This document shows positions 1-8,645 of a DNA stretch of 64,000 nucleotides, piece after piece. Below the pieces are notes generated by a model. The model saw nothing but the letters and a program-made list of their open reading frames with translations. It was not told where the DNA came from and made no database searches. Location of the stretch: positions 5,928 through 69,927 of the forward strand of contig UQUH01000001.1 in the NCBI GenBank assembly GCA_900544245.1, in the 5' to 3' direction. Numbering within the stretch: the first letter of the stretch is position 1; each line of letters opens with the position of its first letter. The stretch is from an uncultured Coriobacteriaceae bacterium (GTDB lineage: Bacteria > Actinomycetota > Coriobacteriia > Coriobacteriales > QAMH01). Position numbers and translations under genes: made by a program.

Positions 1-926
1 TGCGCGATGATGGTGGCCGGGAAGCGCTCGTCCTCGTCGAGCTGCTTGCGCACGTAGTCGATGAAGTAGGGCGCGATGTCGGAGATGGTCTCGTCATCGA
101 GCGTCTGGTCGGAGAGCACGGGCGTGTCGTTGAGTGCATCGTCGTATTCCGTTTGCGTGATATAGCCGTTGGAGAGCATGCGCTGCAGCACGACCGCGCG
201 ACGTGCCATGGCCTTGTCCATGTGCTCGCGGGGGTTGTACGCGTTGGGGGATTGCGGAATGCCGATGAGCAAGGCGGCTTCGGAAAGCGTGAGCTCGCTT
301 GCGTGCTTGCCGAAGTAATCGCGGCTCGCGGCCTCGATGCCGTAGCAGCCGTCACCGTAGTTGACGACGTTGATGTACATCATGAGGATCTCGTCCTTGG
401 TGTACTGTCGCTCGACCTGCGAGGCGATGTACATCTCACGGACCTTGCGCCTGATGCTGCGGTCGGTCATCTCGTCGAGCAGGACGGTGTTGCGCACGAG
501 CTGCTGGGTGATGGTGGAGGCGCCCTCGGAAGTGCCTCCGGAGGCCGCATTCACGATCACCGCACGCGCGATGCCGATGGGATCTATGCCGCCATGTTCG
601 TAAAAGCGCTCGTCTTCGGTTGCGACGGTGCCCTCGAGCACGTATTCGGAGACCTCGTCTTGCGAAATCTCGATGCGGTTCTCCAGGTAGAGCTTCGCGA
701 GGACCGTCTCGCGGTCGTTTGCGTAGATGGTGGTGATGCCCGTGTTTGCGTAGGAGCTGATTCCGCTGTAATCGGGCAGGCCCATGAGCCACGTCGCGCC
801 CACCACGCAGGCGAGGACGACCACCAGGCAGAATGCCCCGGCGATGCATCCGAGAATGGTGAGGAGATTGACTGAGCGGCGCTGCGCTTTCTCACGGCGT
901 TTGCGGTTACGGCTAGACGAAGGCAA
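1..926 (-). CDS. Class A penicillin-binding protein (PBP1A-like), N-terminal part: membrane anchor plus GT51 transglycosylase domain; the rest lies left of the window
   Basis: This reverse-strand frame is missing from the ORF track because it has no in-window stop. TTG at 926 sits 6 nt after AAAGGAG. My translation gives a basic N-terminus, a TM helix (LLTILGCIAGAFCLVVVLACVV), then GT51 motifs EDERFYEHGGID, GASTITQQLVRN, RKVREMY and GIPQSPNAYNP. Confidence 0.85.
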   Translation of the reverse strand, partial: MPSSSRNRKRREKAQRRSVNLLTILGCIAGAFCLVVVLACVVGATWLMGLPDYSGISSYANTGITTIYANDRETVLAKLYLENRIEISQDEVSEYVLEGTVATEDERFYEHGGIDPIGIARAVIVNAASGGTSEGASTITQQLVRNTVLLDEMTDRSIRRKVREMYIASQVERQYTKDEILMMYINVVNYGDGCYGIEAASRDYFGKHASELTLSEAALLIGIPQSPNAYNPREHMDKAMARRAVVLQRMLSNGYITQTEYDDALNDTPVLSDQTLDDETISDIAPYFIDYVRKQLDEDERFPATIIA

Positions 927-1158
927 CTCGGTCTCCTTTCGATGTGAGCACATTATGCCCTAAAAGCGCGCGCATGGTATTGACCTGCGTTCAAAATTCA
1001 CCAAAGGGAGCCATACCATGCGTCTTGCGTCGGAATGCGATGGGGACGTTTACCGTTCAATGGCCATTCGAGTGGCGTTGTGCCCCTTGCATTGGATACA
1101 ATCTTGCCCATGTTTATTTTCGACAGCCCACGTGGGCTGTGAGAGAAGGAGGATTCAG

Positions 1159-1326
1159 ATGGCTGCTGTTGTTAACGAGGATACCTGCATCGCTTGTGGT
1201 GCGTGCGCTGACGCGTGCCCCGTGGACGCAATCACCATCGGCGATCATGCCGAGGTCAATGCCGACGAGTGCATCGATTGCGGTTCCTGCATCTCCGTGT
1301 GCCCGACCGATTCGATCAGCCTCTAG
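1159..1326 (+). CDS. 2x[4Fe-4S] ferredoxin (55 aa)
   Basis: Two CxxCxxCxxxCP motifs are present (CIACGACADACP, CIDCGSCISVCP). ATG 1159 lies 6 nt after AAGGAGG. The N-terminal extension of the track ORF from 1018 has no support. Confidence 0.9.
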   Translation: MAAVVNEDTCIACGACADACPVDAITIGDHAEVNADECIDCGSCISVCPTDSISL

Positions 1327-1386
1327 GATACGGACATACATGACGGGTCGTCAGAGGGGCAGAGCCCCTTTTGGCGGCCCGTCGTT

Positions 1387-2751
1387 ATGTCTGCGGTCCA
1401 GACGCACATGAATACCGAGACAATTCGCATCGATTCGCTCGCCTACGGGGGAGATGGCGTCGGGCATCTGGCTGATGGCCGCGTCGCGTTCGTGCCGAGG
1501 GGGCTTCCCGGCGACGTTTGTGTAGTCGAGTACGTGGACACCGGCGAGCGTTTCGTGCGCGCAAGACTCGAGAGCATCGTCGAGGAATCCTCCGATCGGG
1601 TGCAGGCGCTCTGTCCCGAAGCCGCGAGCGGCAGATGCGGTGGATGTCCATGGGCGGATCTCGCCTACGAGGCGCAGCTACGCTGGAAGCGCCAGGCGGT
1701 CGTCGACGCCCTCGAGCGAATCGCCCGCATGGACGCCCGGTGGGTCGAGTCGCATGTTCCCGCATGCATCGCGAGCAAGAGGGAATGGCATTACCGCAAC
1801 AAGGTCGAGTTCGAGACCGGGCTCGACGTGGCGGGGCGCTTCACCCTCGGGATGTATGCACGGGGCGGCTCATTCACGCCCCTTTCGAGCTGCGCCCTCA
1901 TTCCCGGCAAGTTCTCCCAGGCTCCCAAGGCTCTTACGGGAGCGCTGCGCTTTGCCGCCGGACAGGACGATTTGGGCATCGAGCGCGTGGGCATACGCGT
2001 ATCGACGCGAACGAACGACGTGGAGGTGGCCCTCTGGACGAGCACGGGACGTTTCCCACGGGCACGTGTCGCGCAGGTGGTGGGCGAGAGCCTGGCCACG
2101 AAGGGTGTCGGTATCACGCGCGTGCTGCTCAAGGGGCCTGCCAAGGAGCGCAAGGTCGCCGGCGTCGAATCGCTGCGCGGTCACGGTTACTGGACCGAGA
2201 CCGTCAATGGCATGACCATGCTTCTGTCGGCGCCGTCATTTTTCCAGGTCAACACGCCCGGTGCCGAAACGCTGACGCGACTCGTCCTCGACGGGCTGTC
2301 TCCCGATGGGCTCGACTACGTACTCGACCTCTATTCGGGTGCCGGAACCTTCACGCTGCCGCTTGCCCGTGAGGCGCATGCCGTCGCGGCGGTCGAGTCT
2401 GCCGGATCGTCGGTGCGGGATTTGCGGCGCAACCTCGAGCGCAACGACCTGGCAGCCGAAGTTATCGGCGGAGATGCGGCGCGCGAGCTCGCCAGTCTGG
2501 GGTCGCCCGATAAGGTCGTTGTCGATCCGCCCCGTAGCGGGCTGGGTGACAAGGCCGTGCGGGGGCTCTGCGAAAGCGGGGCTCGCACGATCGCGTACGT
2601 GTCGTGCAATCCCACGACGCTCGCACGCGACCTGGTCAAGTTGCGGGCCGGGGGCTATGAGGTGGAGTGCGTGACGCCGGTCGACATGTTTCCGCAGACC
2701 TACCATGTCGAGACCGTCGCGATTCTCACGCGGACGTCCCGGATGTGGTAG
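1387..2751 (+). CDS. RumA/RlmD-family RNA (uracil-C5)-methyltransferase (TRAM domain, Fe-S Cys cluster, SAM-MTase)
   Basis: 454 aa. It has an N-terminal TRAM-like segment, a Cys cluster (CPEAASGRCGGCPW) and MTase motifs VLDLYSGAGTFTLPLA, VVVDPPRSG and YVSCNPTTLARD. Confidence 0.85.
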   Translation: MSAVQTHMNTETIRIDSLAYGGDGVGHLADGRVAFVPRGLPGDVCVVEYVDTGERFVRARLESIVEESSDRVQALCPEAASGRCGGCPWADLAYEAQLRWKRQAVVDALERIARMDARWVESHVPACIASKREWHYRNKVEFETGLDVAGRFTLGMYARGGSFTPLSSCALIPGKFSQAPKALTGALRFAAGQDDLGIERVGIRVSTRTNDVEVALWTSTGRFPRARVAQVVGESLATKGVGITRVLLKGPAKERKVAGVESLRGHGYWTETVNGMTMLLSAPSFFQVNTPGAETLTRLVLDGLSPDGLDYVLDLYSGAGTFTLPLAREAHAVAAVESAGSSVRDLRRNLERNDLAAEVIGGDAARELASLGSPDKVVVDPPRSGLGDKAVRGLCESGARTIAYVSCNPTTLARDLVKLRAGGYEVECVTPVDMFPQTYHVETVAILTRTSRMW

Positions 2752-2763
2752 ATTTACTAACCG

Positions 2764-2840
2764 GTCCCCTTAGCTCAGCTGGATAGAGCGTTTGCCTCCG
2801 GAGCAAAAGGCCGCAGGTTCGAATCCTGTAGGGGGCACCA
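2764..2840 (+). tRNA. tRNA-Arg (anticodon CCG), CCA encoded
   Basis: I folded a 77-nt cloverleaf by hand. Acceptor is GTCCCCT/AGGGGGC (one U-G pair) and D arm is GCTC-AGCTGGATA-GAGC. The anticodon arm TTTGC-CTCCGGA-GCAAA gives anticodon CCG. T arm is GCAGG-TTCGAAT-CCTGT, followed by discriminator A and CCA. Confidence 0.9.
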
Positions 2841-2850
2841 GCGCGATCGC

Positions 2851-2881
2851 GGGCCGGGAACCATGGTTCTCGGCCCGTTTT
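2851..2881 (+). terminator. Rho-independent terminator after tRNA-Arg
   Basis: GC-rich hairpin GGGCCGGGAACC/GGTTCTCGGCCC followed by GTTTT. Confidence 0.7.
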
Positions 2882-2986
2882 ACGTTCGCGTGCGGTTTTT
2901 TGCGTTTTCCCAGTCCTCCGAACGCGCTTGTCGCTTCCGCATGCATGCATGTCAACGCTGCTTGCAGGCGTTTCACGGTCGTGTTT

Positions 2987-3015
2987 TTGCCGTGGATTCG
3001 CTTATCGTCTAAAAT
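2987..3015 (+). promoter_or_regulatory. Sigma-70-type promoter candidate for the cyclophilin gene
   Basis: TTGCCG (2987-2992), a 17-nt spacer, then TAAAAT (3010-3015), about 45 nt upstream of ATG 3061. Confidence 0.45.
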
Positions 3016-3060
3016 CATAGAGTTTAGCAACTTCGACATGCACTAGTTTCAGGAGGAATC

Positions 3061-3591
3061 ATGGCTCTGTACACGCCGGAATATAAGCCGAATGGCAAGG
3101 AAATCGCCGTCATCACCACCGATGAGGGCACGATTCGCGTCCAGCTTCACGGCGAGGATGCGCCCATCCACGTCGGCAACTTCGTCGAGCTCGCCCAAAA
3201 GGGCTTCTACGATGGCCTGAAGTTCCATCGCTATGTTCCGGGCTTCGTGATCCAGGGCGGCTGTCCCAACACGCGCGAGATGTCCGCGGCCGATGTCGCC
3301 GCCGGCAAGAGCGGCCCCGACGGCATGCCCGGTACCGGTAATCCCGGTTACTCCATCAAGGGCGAGTGGAAGACCAATCCCAACAACTCGCACGAGGACG
3401 GCACGCTTGCCATGGCACGCAGCTCCATGCCCGACTCGGCAGGCAGCCAGTTCTACTTCTGCCTCGGTCCCCAGCACTTCCTCGACACCGACTACACGGT
3501 CTTCGGTGACACCATCGAGGGCATTGACGTCATCGGCAAGCTTCGTGCTGGCAGCATCATCGAGAACATCACGATCGAGAACGCGGACTAG
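3061..3591 (+). CDS. ppiB: Peptidyl-prolyl cis-trans isomerase, cyclophilin type (cytoplasmic)
   Basis: 176 aa with cyclophilin signatures FHRYVPGFVIQGG and SAGSQFYFCL. No signal peptide. RBS is AGGAGG. Confidence 0.9.
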   Translation: MALYTPEYKPNGKEIAVITTDEGTIRVQLHGEDAPIHVGNFVELAQKGFYDGLKFHRYVPGFVIQGGCPNTREMSAADVAAGKSGPDGMPGTGNPGYSIKGEWKTNPNNSHEDGTLAMARSSMPDSAGSQFYFCLGPQHFLDTDYTVFGDTIEGIDVIGKLRAGSIIENITIENAD

Positions 3592-3624
3592 TAGGCGCAC
3601 GTCTACCAAAGGGAGCCTTCCATC

Positions 3625-5277
3625 ATGAAAGTCGAGGTTTTCAAAGAGGCACAGGAGGCCTACTCGAAGGGTGACTACAAGACCGCCCTCGAGGGCTTCA
3701 TCGCCTGCACGCACGACGTTGCAGGTCTTGCGCCCGCCGACCTCAGCAAGTTCTATCATCTCATCGGCAATTGCTACGTGAAGAGCAACGATCCACGCTC
3801 TGCCGCTGAGTACTACCTCAAGGCGCTCACAGGCAGCCCCGAGAAGCGCAAGCCGTCGCTCTATGTCAATCTGGGCACTGCGTTGCTGGGGACGAAGGAC
3901 TACGAGAACGCGCTCGAGGCCTTTGGTCGCGCTCTCGACTATCCCATCTACACGACGCCCTACAAGGCGTATGCCGGCATTGGCGCCGCGCAGCTCAAGC
4001 TCGGCAACATGGTTGAAGCGGGTGCCGCGTATCGCGAGGCCGCGCTTGACCCGGCCAACCCGGCCCCGGCAAAGTCCCTCGTCAACTTGGGTGTCTGCTT
4101 CATGGAACTCGGACGTCCCGAGGACGCGGTTTCCGTGTACGAGACCGCCCTCGACTTCGACCTCGACGACCGCGCCCGTGCGAAGGCCTACGCGAATCTT
4201 GGTCAGGCCTATATGGCGCAGGGACGTGTGCCGCGCGCGCTCAACGCTTTCGAGAAGGCCGAGGAGATCGGCGGGGAGCTGCCCTCGCTTGCCATGCATG
4301 ACTACGAGATCGCCCGCACGCTCAAGGAGCGTGTCGATTCTCGTGCCCCCGGCATACTCGACACCGGCTACATTCCTCCCGTCGCGACGGACGTGAGCTC
4401 GCCGGAAGACGACGAGGACTTCGATCCGTTCGCCCCGCGCACCGATGCGGACCAGACGGCTCCCCTGGCCACCGATCAGGAGCCGCAGGCGGATGCCGAG
4501 GAGGGGGAGACCCTTGATCCCTCCCAGGCGCAGACGATTGCCATGGAGGCCCTGCCCGTCGAGCTCACCGACGAGGTCGACTTCGGCATGGACGAGGAAG
4601 ACGAGCTCGAGGGGACTCAGGATATCGAGTTTCCCGAGGAAGGCGATCAGGCATACGATTCCGGTCTCGACGAGACTCCCTTCAACTACAACGAGCAGCC
4701 CGGTTACGAATACGGCGTCTCCTTCGACTTTGGCGACGAGTATGCCGATGCCCGCGAAACGGTCGATGTCATGGAATCGACGGAGATGCACATGCCCTCG
4801 CCAGAGGACACGGCCTTCTTCGACATCAGCGAGCAGCAAATCAACAGTAACGCCCGGAAGGGCATGCGTCGTGACAGGCGTGCCCGCGGCTGCGGTCTGA
4901 AAATCGCCATCGTGTTCGTCGTCATCTGCATCCTCATCGCCGCCGCGGCATGTGTCGCCTACGTGCTTGGCTACGGTTATCCGTTGCAGGAGACGGTCAC
5001 CGAGGACTTCTTCGCGGCCGTCCAGGATGACGGCGACACGAGCCAGTACTGGGCCAAGGATGTCAGCCCGAGCATGCAGCGTGCGCAGGAGGCATCGCTT
5101 ACGGACCTGTCCTCGTACAGCGTCGAGGCCGTGCAGCGCAGCATGAACCAGACCGCCGTCTTCGTGAAGGCCACGCTCGCGCAAGGTGGCAACATCGACT
5201 ACGAAGTCGTGTTGACGCGCGATGGCATCTCATGGGCCATCCAGTTCGTCCAGCTCTACTTCCCAAGCGAGCAGTAG
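3625..5277 (+). CDS. TPR-repeat protein with an acidic linker, one TM helix and a C-terminal extracytoplasmic domain
   Basis: 550 aa. The N-terminal ~220 aa show repeated TPR-like A/Y/G patterns (YYLKAL, ALEAFGRAL, AGAAYREAA, AVSVYETAL). A D/E-rich stretch and a TM segment (IAIVFVVICILIAAAACVAYVLG) follow. The 711-aa antisense ORF 3049..5184 is rejected. Confidence 0.75.
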   Translation: MKVEVFKEAQEAYSKGDYKTALEGFIACTHDVAGLAPADLSKFYHLIGNCYVKSNDPRSAAEYYLKALTGSPEKRKPSLYVNLGTALLGTKDYENALEAFGRALDYPIYTTPYKAYAGIGAAQLKLGNMVEAGAAYREAALDPANPAPAKSLVNLGVCFMELGRPEDAVSVYETALDFDLDDRARAKAYANLGQAYMAQGRVPRALNAFEKAEEIGGELPSLAMHDYEIARTLKERVDSRAPGILDTGYIPPVATDVSSPEDDEDFDPFAPRTDADQTAPLATDQEPQADAEEGETLDPSQAQTIAMEALPVELTDEVDFGMDEEDELEGTQDIEFPEEGDQAYDSGLDETPFNYNEQPGYEYGVSFDFGDEYADARETVDVMESTEMHMPSPEDTAFFDISEQQINSNARKGMRRDRRARGCGLKIAIVFVVICILIAAAACVAYVLGYGYPLQETVTEDFFAAVQDDGDTSQYWAKDVSPSMQRAQEASLTDLSSYSVEAVQRSMNQTAVFVKATLAQGGNIDYEVVLTRDGISWAIQFVQLYFPSEQ

Positions 5278-5337
5278 AAAAACGTCAGCAAACCCCCCAA
5301 GACGATGGGGGGGCAAAAGTGAAAGGAATGAAGCAAG

Positions 5338-5739
5338 ATGATCGAGAAGACCTACACCATGATCAAGCCGGATGGCGTTCGCAACGGGCACATCGGCGAG
5401 ATAGTGAATCGCTTCGAGCGCGTGGGCCTCACCGTCGAGCGCATGGAGCTCGGCATGGTGACCGAGGAGCTCGCCAAGGCGAACTACGCCGAGCATGAGG
5501 GCAAGCCCTTCTACGATGGCCTCATTGCCTACATCACGAGCGGTCCGGTCGTGAAGATGGTCGTGAGCGGCGAGAACGCGGTCGCCACCGTGCGCAAGCT
5601 CATGGGTGCCACCAATCCCGCGGACGCTGCCCCCGGCACCATTCGCGGTGATTTCGGCCTGACCATGGACGAAAACGTCATCCATGGCAGCGACTCCGTC
5701 GCCAGCGCCGAGCGCGAGATAGGCGTCTTCTTCGGCTAG
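5338..5739 (+). CDS. ndk: Nucleoside diphosphate kinase
   Basis: 133 aa with TYTMIKPDGV, GPVVKMVVSGENAV, TIRGDFG and NVIHGSDS (catalytic His region). Confidence 0.92.
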   Translation: MIEKTYTMIKPDGVRNGHIGEIVNRFERVGLTVERMELGMVTEELAKANYAEHEGKPFYDGLIAYITSGPVVKMVVSGENAVATVRKLMGATNPADAAPGTIRGDFGLTMDENVIHGSDSVASAEREIGVFFG

Positions 5740-5750
5740 GAGATTATCCG

Positions 5751-5792
5751 GACGGGGCCCGTCTGCAAAAGGCGGGTCCCGTCCGTCTTTTG
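5751..5792 (+). terminator. Rho-independent terminator after ndk
   Basis: Hairpin GGACGGGGCCCG/CGGGTCCCGTCC followed by GTCTTTTG. Confidence 0.7.
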
Positions 5793-5923
5793 TATCGTCA
5801 CGCGGACGTGGCCAGTTATGTGGAATAGGTTCAGATTTCGCGACATCTGCAATCGAAAATCCGAGCCATGATACACTTTCATGCCACGCTTCAAATATGA
5901 ACCAGATAAAGTAAGGAGCGACT

Positions 5924-6964
5924 ATGTCGCTGACAGACAGACTCTTCGGCAACTTCGGTAGCGATATGGCTATCGACCTTGGTACGGCCAACACGCTCGT
6001 GTCCGTCCGGGGCCAGGGCATTGTCATCAACGAGCCTTCGGTGGTCGCCATCGAAAAGCAGGACCAGCGCGTCCTCGCCGTCGGTGCCGACGCCAAGGAG
6101 ATGCTCGGCCGCACACCGGGCAGCATCATCGCCATGCGCCCGCTTAAGGACGGCGTCATCGCCGATTTCGACGTGACCGAGGCCATGCTCCGTTACTTCA
6201 TCTCGCGCGCGCAGGGTAAGCGCATGCCCTGGCATCCCAAGCCGCGCGTCGTCGTGTGCGTTCCCAGCGGCGTCACCTCCGTCGAGAAGCGCGCCGTCTT
6301 CGAGGCGACCATCACCGCCGGCGCGCGCCAGGCATTCCTCATCGAGGAGCCCATGGCCGCCGCCATTGGCGCCGGCCTGCCCGTCGACAGCCCGACCGGC
6401 TCCATGGTCGTCGACATCGGTGGCGGTACGACCGAGGTCGCCGTGATCAGCATGGGCGGCATCGTCAACGCGACGTCCATCCGCATCGCGGGCGATGCGT
6501 TCGACGCGGCCGTCGTCCAGTACGCCAAGACCCACTACAACATCGCCATCGGCGAGCGTACGGCAGAGGAAATCAAGATCACCATCGGCTCGGCGGCGCC
6601 GCTCGTCGAGGAAGTCGATGTTGAGGTGCGCGGACGCGACCTCCTCTCGGGGCTGCCGCGCACCGTGCGAATCGAAAGCGAAGACGTGCGAGAGGCTCTC
6701 GAGGAGCCCATTGCCAAGATGATCCAGGCGGTCAAGGACACGCTCGACGAGACCCCGCCCGACCTGGCAAGCGACCTCATGGAATACGGCATCACGCTCA
6801 CGGGCGGCGGTGGCATGCTGCGCGGACTCGACGAGCGCCTGCGTGCCGAAATCGGCGTTCCCGTCCACGTATCCGAAACGGCCCTCATCAACGTCGTCGA
6901 GGGTTGCGCCATGGTGCTCGAGGTCCCTGATTTCCTCTCGCAGTCATACATGCAACAGAGGTAG
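5924..6964 (+). CDS. mreB: Rod shape-determining actin homologue MreB
   Basis: 346 aa with MAIDLGTANTLV, EPMAAAIGAG, VVDIGGGTTEVAV and LTGGGGMLRGLD. Confidence 0.95.
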   Translation: MSLTDRLFGNFGSDMAIDLGTANTLVSVRGQGIVINEPSVVAIEKQDQRVLAVGADAKEMLGRTPGSIIAMRPLKDGVIADFDVTEAMLRYFISRAQGKRMPWHPKPRVVVCVPSGVTSVEKRAVFEATITAGARQAFLIEEPMAAAIGAGLPVDSPTGSMVVDIGGGTTEVAVISMGGIVNATSIRIAGDAFDAAVVQYAKTHYNIAIGERTAEEIKITIGSAAPLVEEVDVEVRGRDLLSGLPRTVRIESEDVREALEEPIAKMIQAVKDTLDETPPDLASDLMEYGITLTGGGGMLRGLDERLRAEIGVPVHVSETALINVVEGCAMVLEVPDFLSQSYMQQR

Positions 6965-6970
6965 CGCTTC

Positions 6971-8074
6971 ATGCCAGGACTCTCGTTTGGCAAACAGAGT
7001 CAGAACAGACGCTCGGGCCTTTGGTGGGTCCCGATTGTTCTGATTGTCATATCCGTCATGCTCATTACGCTCTGCGTGCGTTTTGGGAACTCGGGCCCCT
7101 TCGCGGTCGCACGTGGCGTCGTGCAGACGGTGACCAAGCCCGTCGAGCGGGTCTGCTCGCTCGTGTCGACGCCGTTCTCCAACATAGGGGCCATTGACGT
7201 CGACGAGGAAGTCGCCCGCCTCAAGGAGGAGAACAGCCAGCTGCGCACGCTCGTCGCGGAGCTCGAGGAGTATCGCCAGCAAGACCAGCGTCTCACCGCG
7301 ATGATGCAGTTCGCGGACATCTACGGCCTGGAGACGCTGAGCGCGGAGGTCGTTTCCACGACCACCGGCTGGGATCGCACGGCAACTATCAACAAGGGGT
7401 CGCGCGATGGCGTGCGGGTCGGCATGGCCGTCATGAGCACCTGCGGGCTCTACGGGCAGGTCGAATCGGTGACCGACGCCTCGAGCGTCGTGCGTCTCAT
7501 CAACGACGCGAATTCCTCCGTCGCCGCCATGGTGCAGAACTCCCGTGCGCATGGCATCTTGCATGGCGCCTATGACGGAACCCTCACGCTCGAATACGTG
7601 CCGATTGACATGACCGTGGGCGAGGGTGACATCGTCATCGCATCGGGAAGCGGTGGCGTCTACCCGCGCGGCATAGTCATCGGTACCGTGCGCACCATCG
7701 AGACGGATTCCTCGAAGCTGTATCATCGAATCATCGTCGAGCCCCTCTTCAATATCGAGTCCTGCGAGGAGGTGCTCGTCTTGACCGGTAACGAGACCGA
7801 GACCGAGCGCATCCTCAACGAGGAGCTCCTGCAGACCATCATCGACTCGGCCAATTCGGTGAACGCCTCTTCCGCTCAAGTCGGCGCGGTCGCCAAGGCC
7901 CTGCTCAACGAGGCAAACGAGGCGTACCGCGCCGCCGAGGAGCAGCGCCAGGCCGCCGAACGCGCCGCGCGGGAACAGAGCGCGGGCAATGGGGCCCAGG
8001 GTGCCTCGGGTTCCGGATCAGGTGGCGAAACGGGCTCCGGGTCCGGCACGAGCGGAGGTGGCGCGAATGAGTAA
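6971..8074 (+). CDS. mreC: Rod shape-determining protein MreC
   Basis: 367 aa. It has an N-terminal TM helix, a coiled-coil segment (LKEENSQLRTLVAELEEY) and beta-barrel core motifs (GLYGQV, GIVIGTV). A Gly/Ser-rich tail follows. The gene sits directly after mreB. Confidence 0.88.
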   Translation: MPGLSFGKQSQNRRSGLWWVPIVLIVISVMLITLCVRFGNSGPFAVARGVVQTVTKPVERVCSLVSTPFSNIGAIDVDEEVARLKEENSQLRTLVAELEEYRQQDQRLTAMMQFADIYGLETLSAEVVSTTTGWDRTATINKGSRDGVRVGMAVMSTCGLYGQVESVTDASSVVRLINDANSSVAAMVQNSRAHGILHGAYDGTLTLEYVPIDMTVGEGDIVIASGSGGVYPRGIVIGTVRTIETDSSKLYHRIIVEPLFNIESCEEVLVLTGNETETERILNEELLQTIIDSANSVNASSAQVGAVAKALLNEANEAYRAAEEQRQAAERAAREQSAGNGAQGASGSGSGGETGSGSGTSGGGANE

Positions 8075-8633
8075 GCAGGTCGTATACGCCATCACCATCG
8101 TCTTGTGCATCCTACTGCAGGCGGGCATCTCCCCTGCCATCGCCATCATGGGCTGTTCGCCCAACTTCCTGCTTATTCCCGTCTTGCTGATCAGCATGCG
8201 CTCGGGAACGGGGATGGGGAGCATCGCCGGATTTCTGCTCGGGCTCCTGTACGATCTGATGGGCAGCGGGACGATCGGCTGCATGGCCCTCGTGTTCACG
8301 CTCATCGCCTTCATCGTGGGTGTCGCGGGCGAGAGCATGGACCTACTCACTCCCGTCGCGACGATCATCGTCGCCGCGCTCTCATCGCTCATCCTCGAGG
8401 TCGGCTACGGCATCGCCGCGATTCTCACGTCCTCGGAAGGCGGCGGCGTGATGTCGACGATGCTCAGCTACTCGCTTCCCTCAGCTCTGTACACGGCCGT
8501 TTTCGCCGTGATCGCGCTCGTCACCATCAGCCTGGTGATTGCCGATGACAACGCGGGAATGCCCACTCATCTGGGAGAGCGTCGCGATGGCGGCATGCGC
8601 GGCGGTCCACGCATGAAGTCGCGACTCAAGTAG
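8067..8633 (+). CDS. mreD: Rod shape-determining protein MreD
   Basis: Polytopic membrane protein in the mreC-downstream position. I chose ATG 8067 (MSKQVVYAITIVLCILLQ...), which overlaps the mreC stop by 8 nt, rather than the track start 7989 inside mreC. Confidence 0.8.
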   Translation: MSKQVVYAITIVLCILLQAGISPAIAIMGCSPNFLLIPVLLISMRSGTGMGSIAGFLLGLLYDLMGSGTIGCMALVFTLIAFIVGVAGESMDLLTPVATIIVAALSSLILEVGYGIAAILTSSEGGGVMSTMLSYSLPSALYTAVFAVIALVTISLVIADDNAGMPTHLGERRDGGMRGGPRMKSRLK

Positions 8634-8645
8634 GGAGATGAGTGC

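Noticed and set aside
3049-5184. 711-aa minus-strand ORF, the longest ORF in this part of the window
   Set aside because: It is exactly antisense to the cyclophilin and TPR genes, which have clear family motifs and RBSs. Its translation is the Gly/Arg/Val/Leu/Asp/His-rich pattern typical of antisense frames in high-GC DNA.
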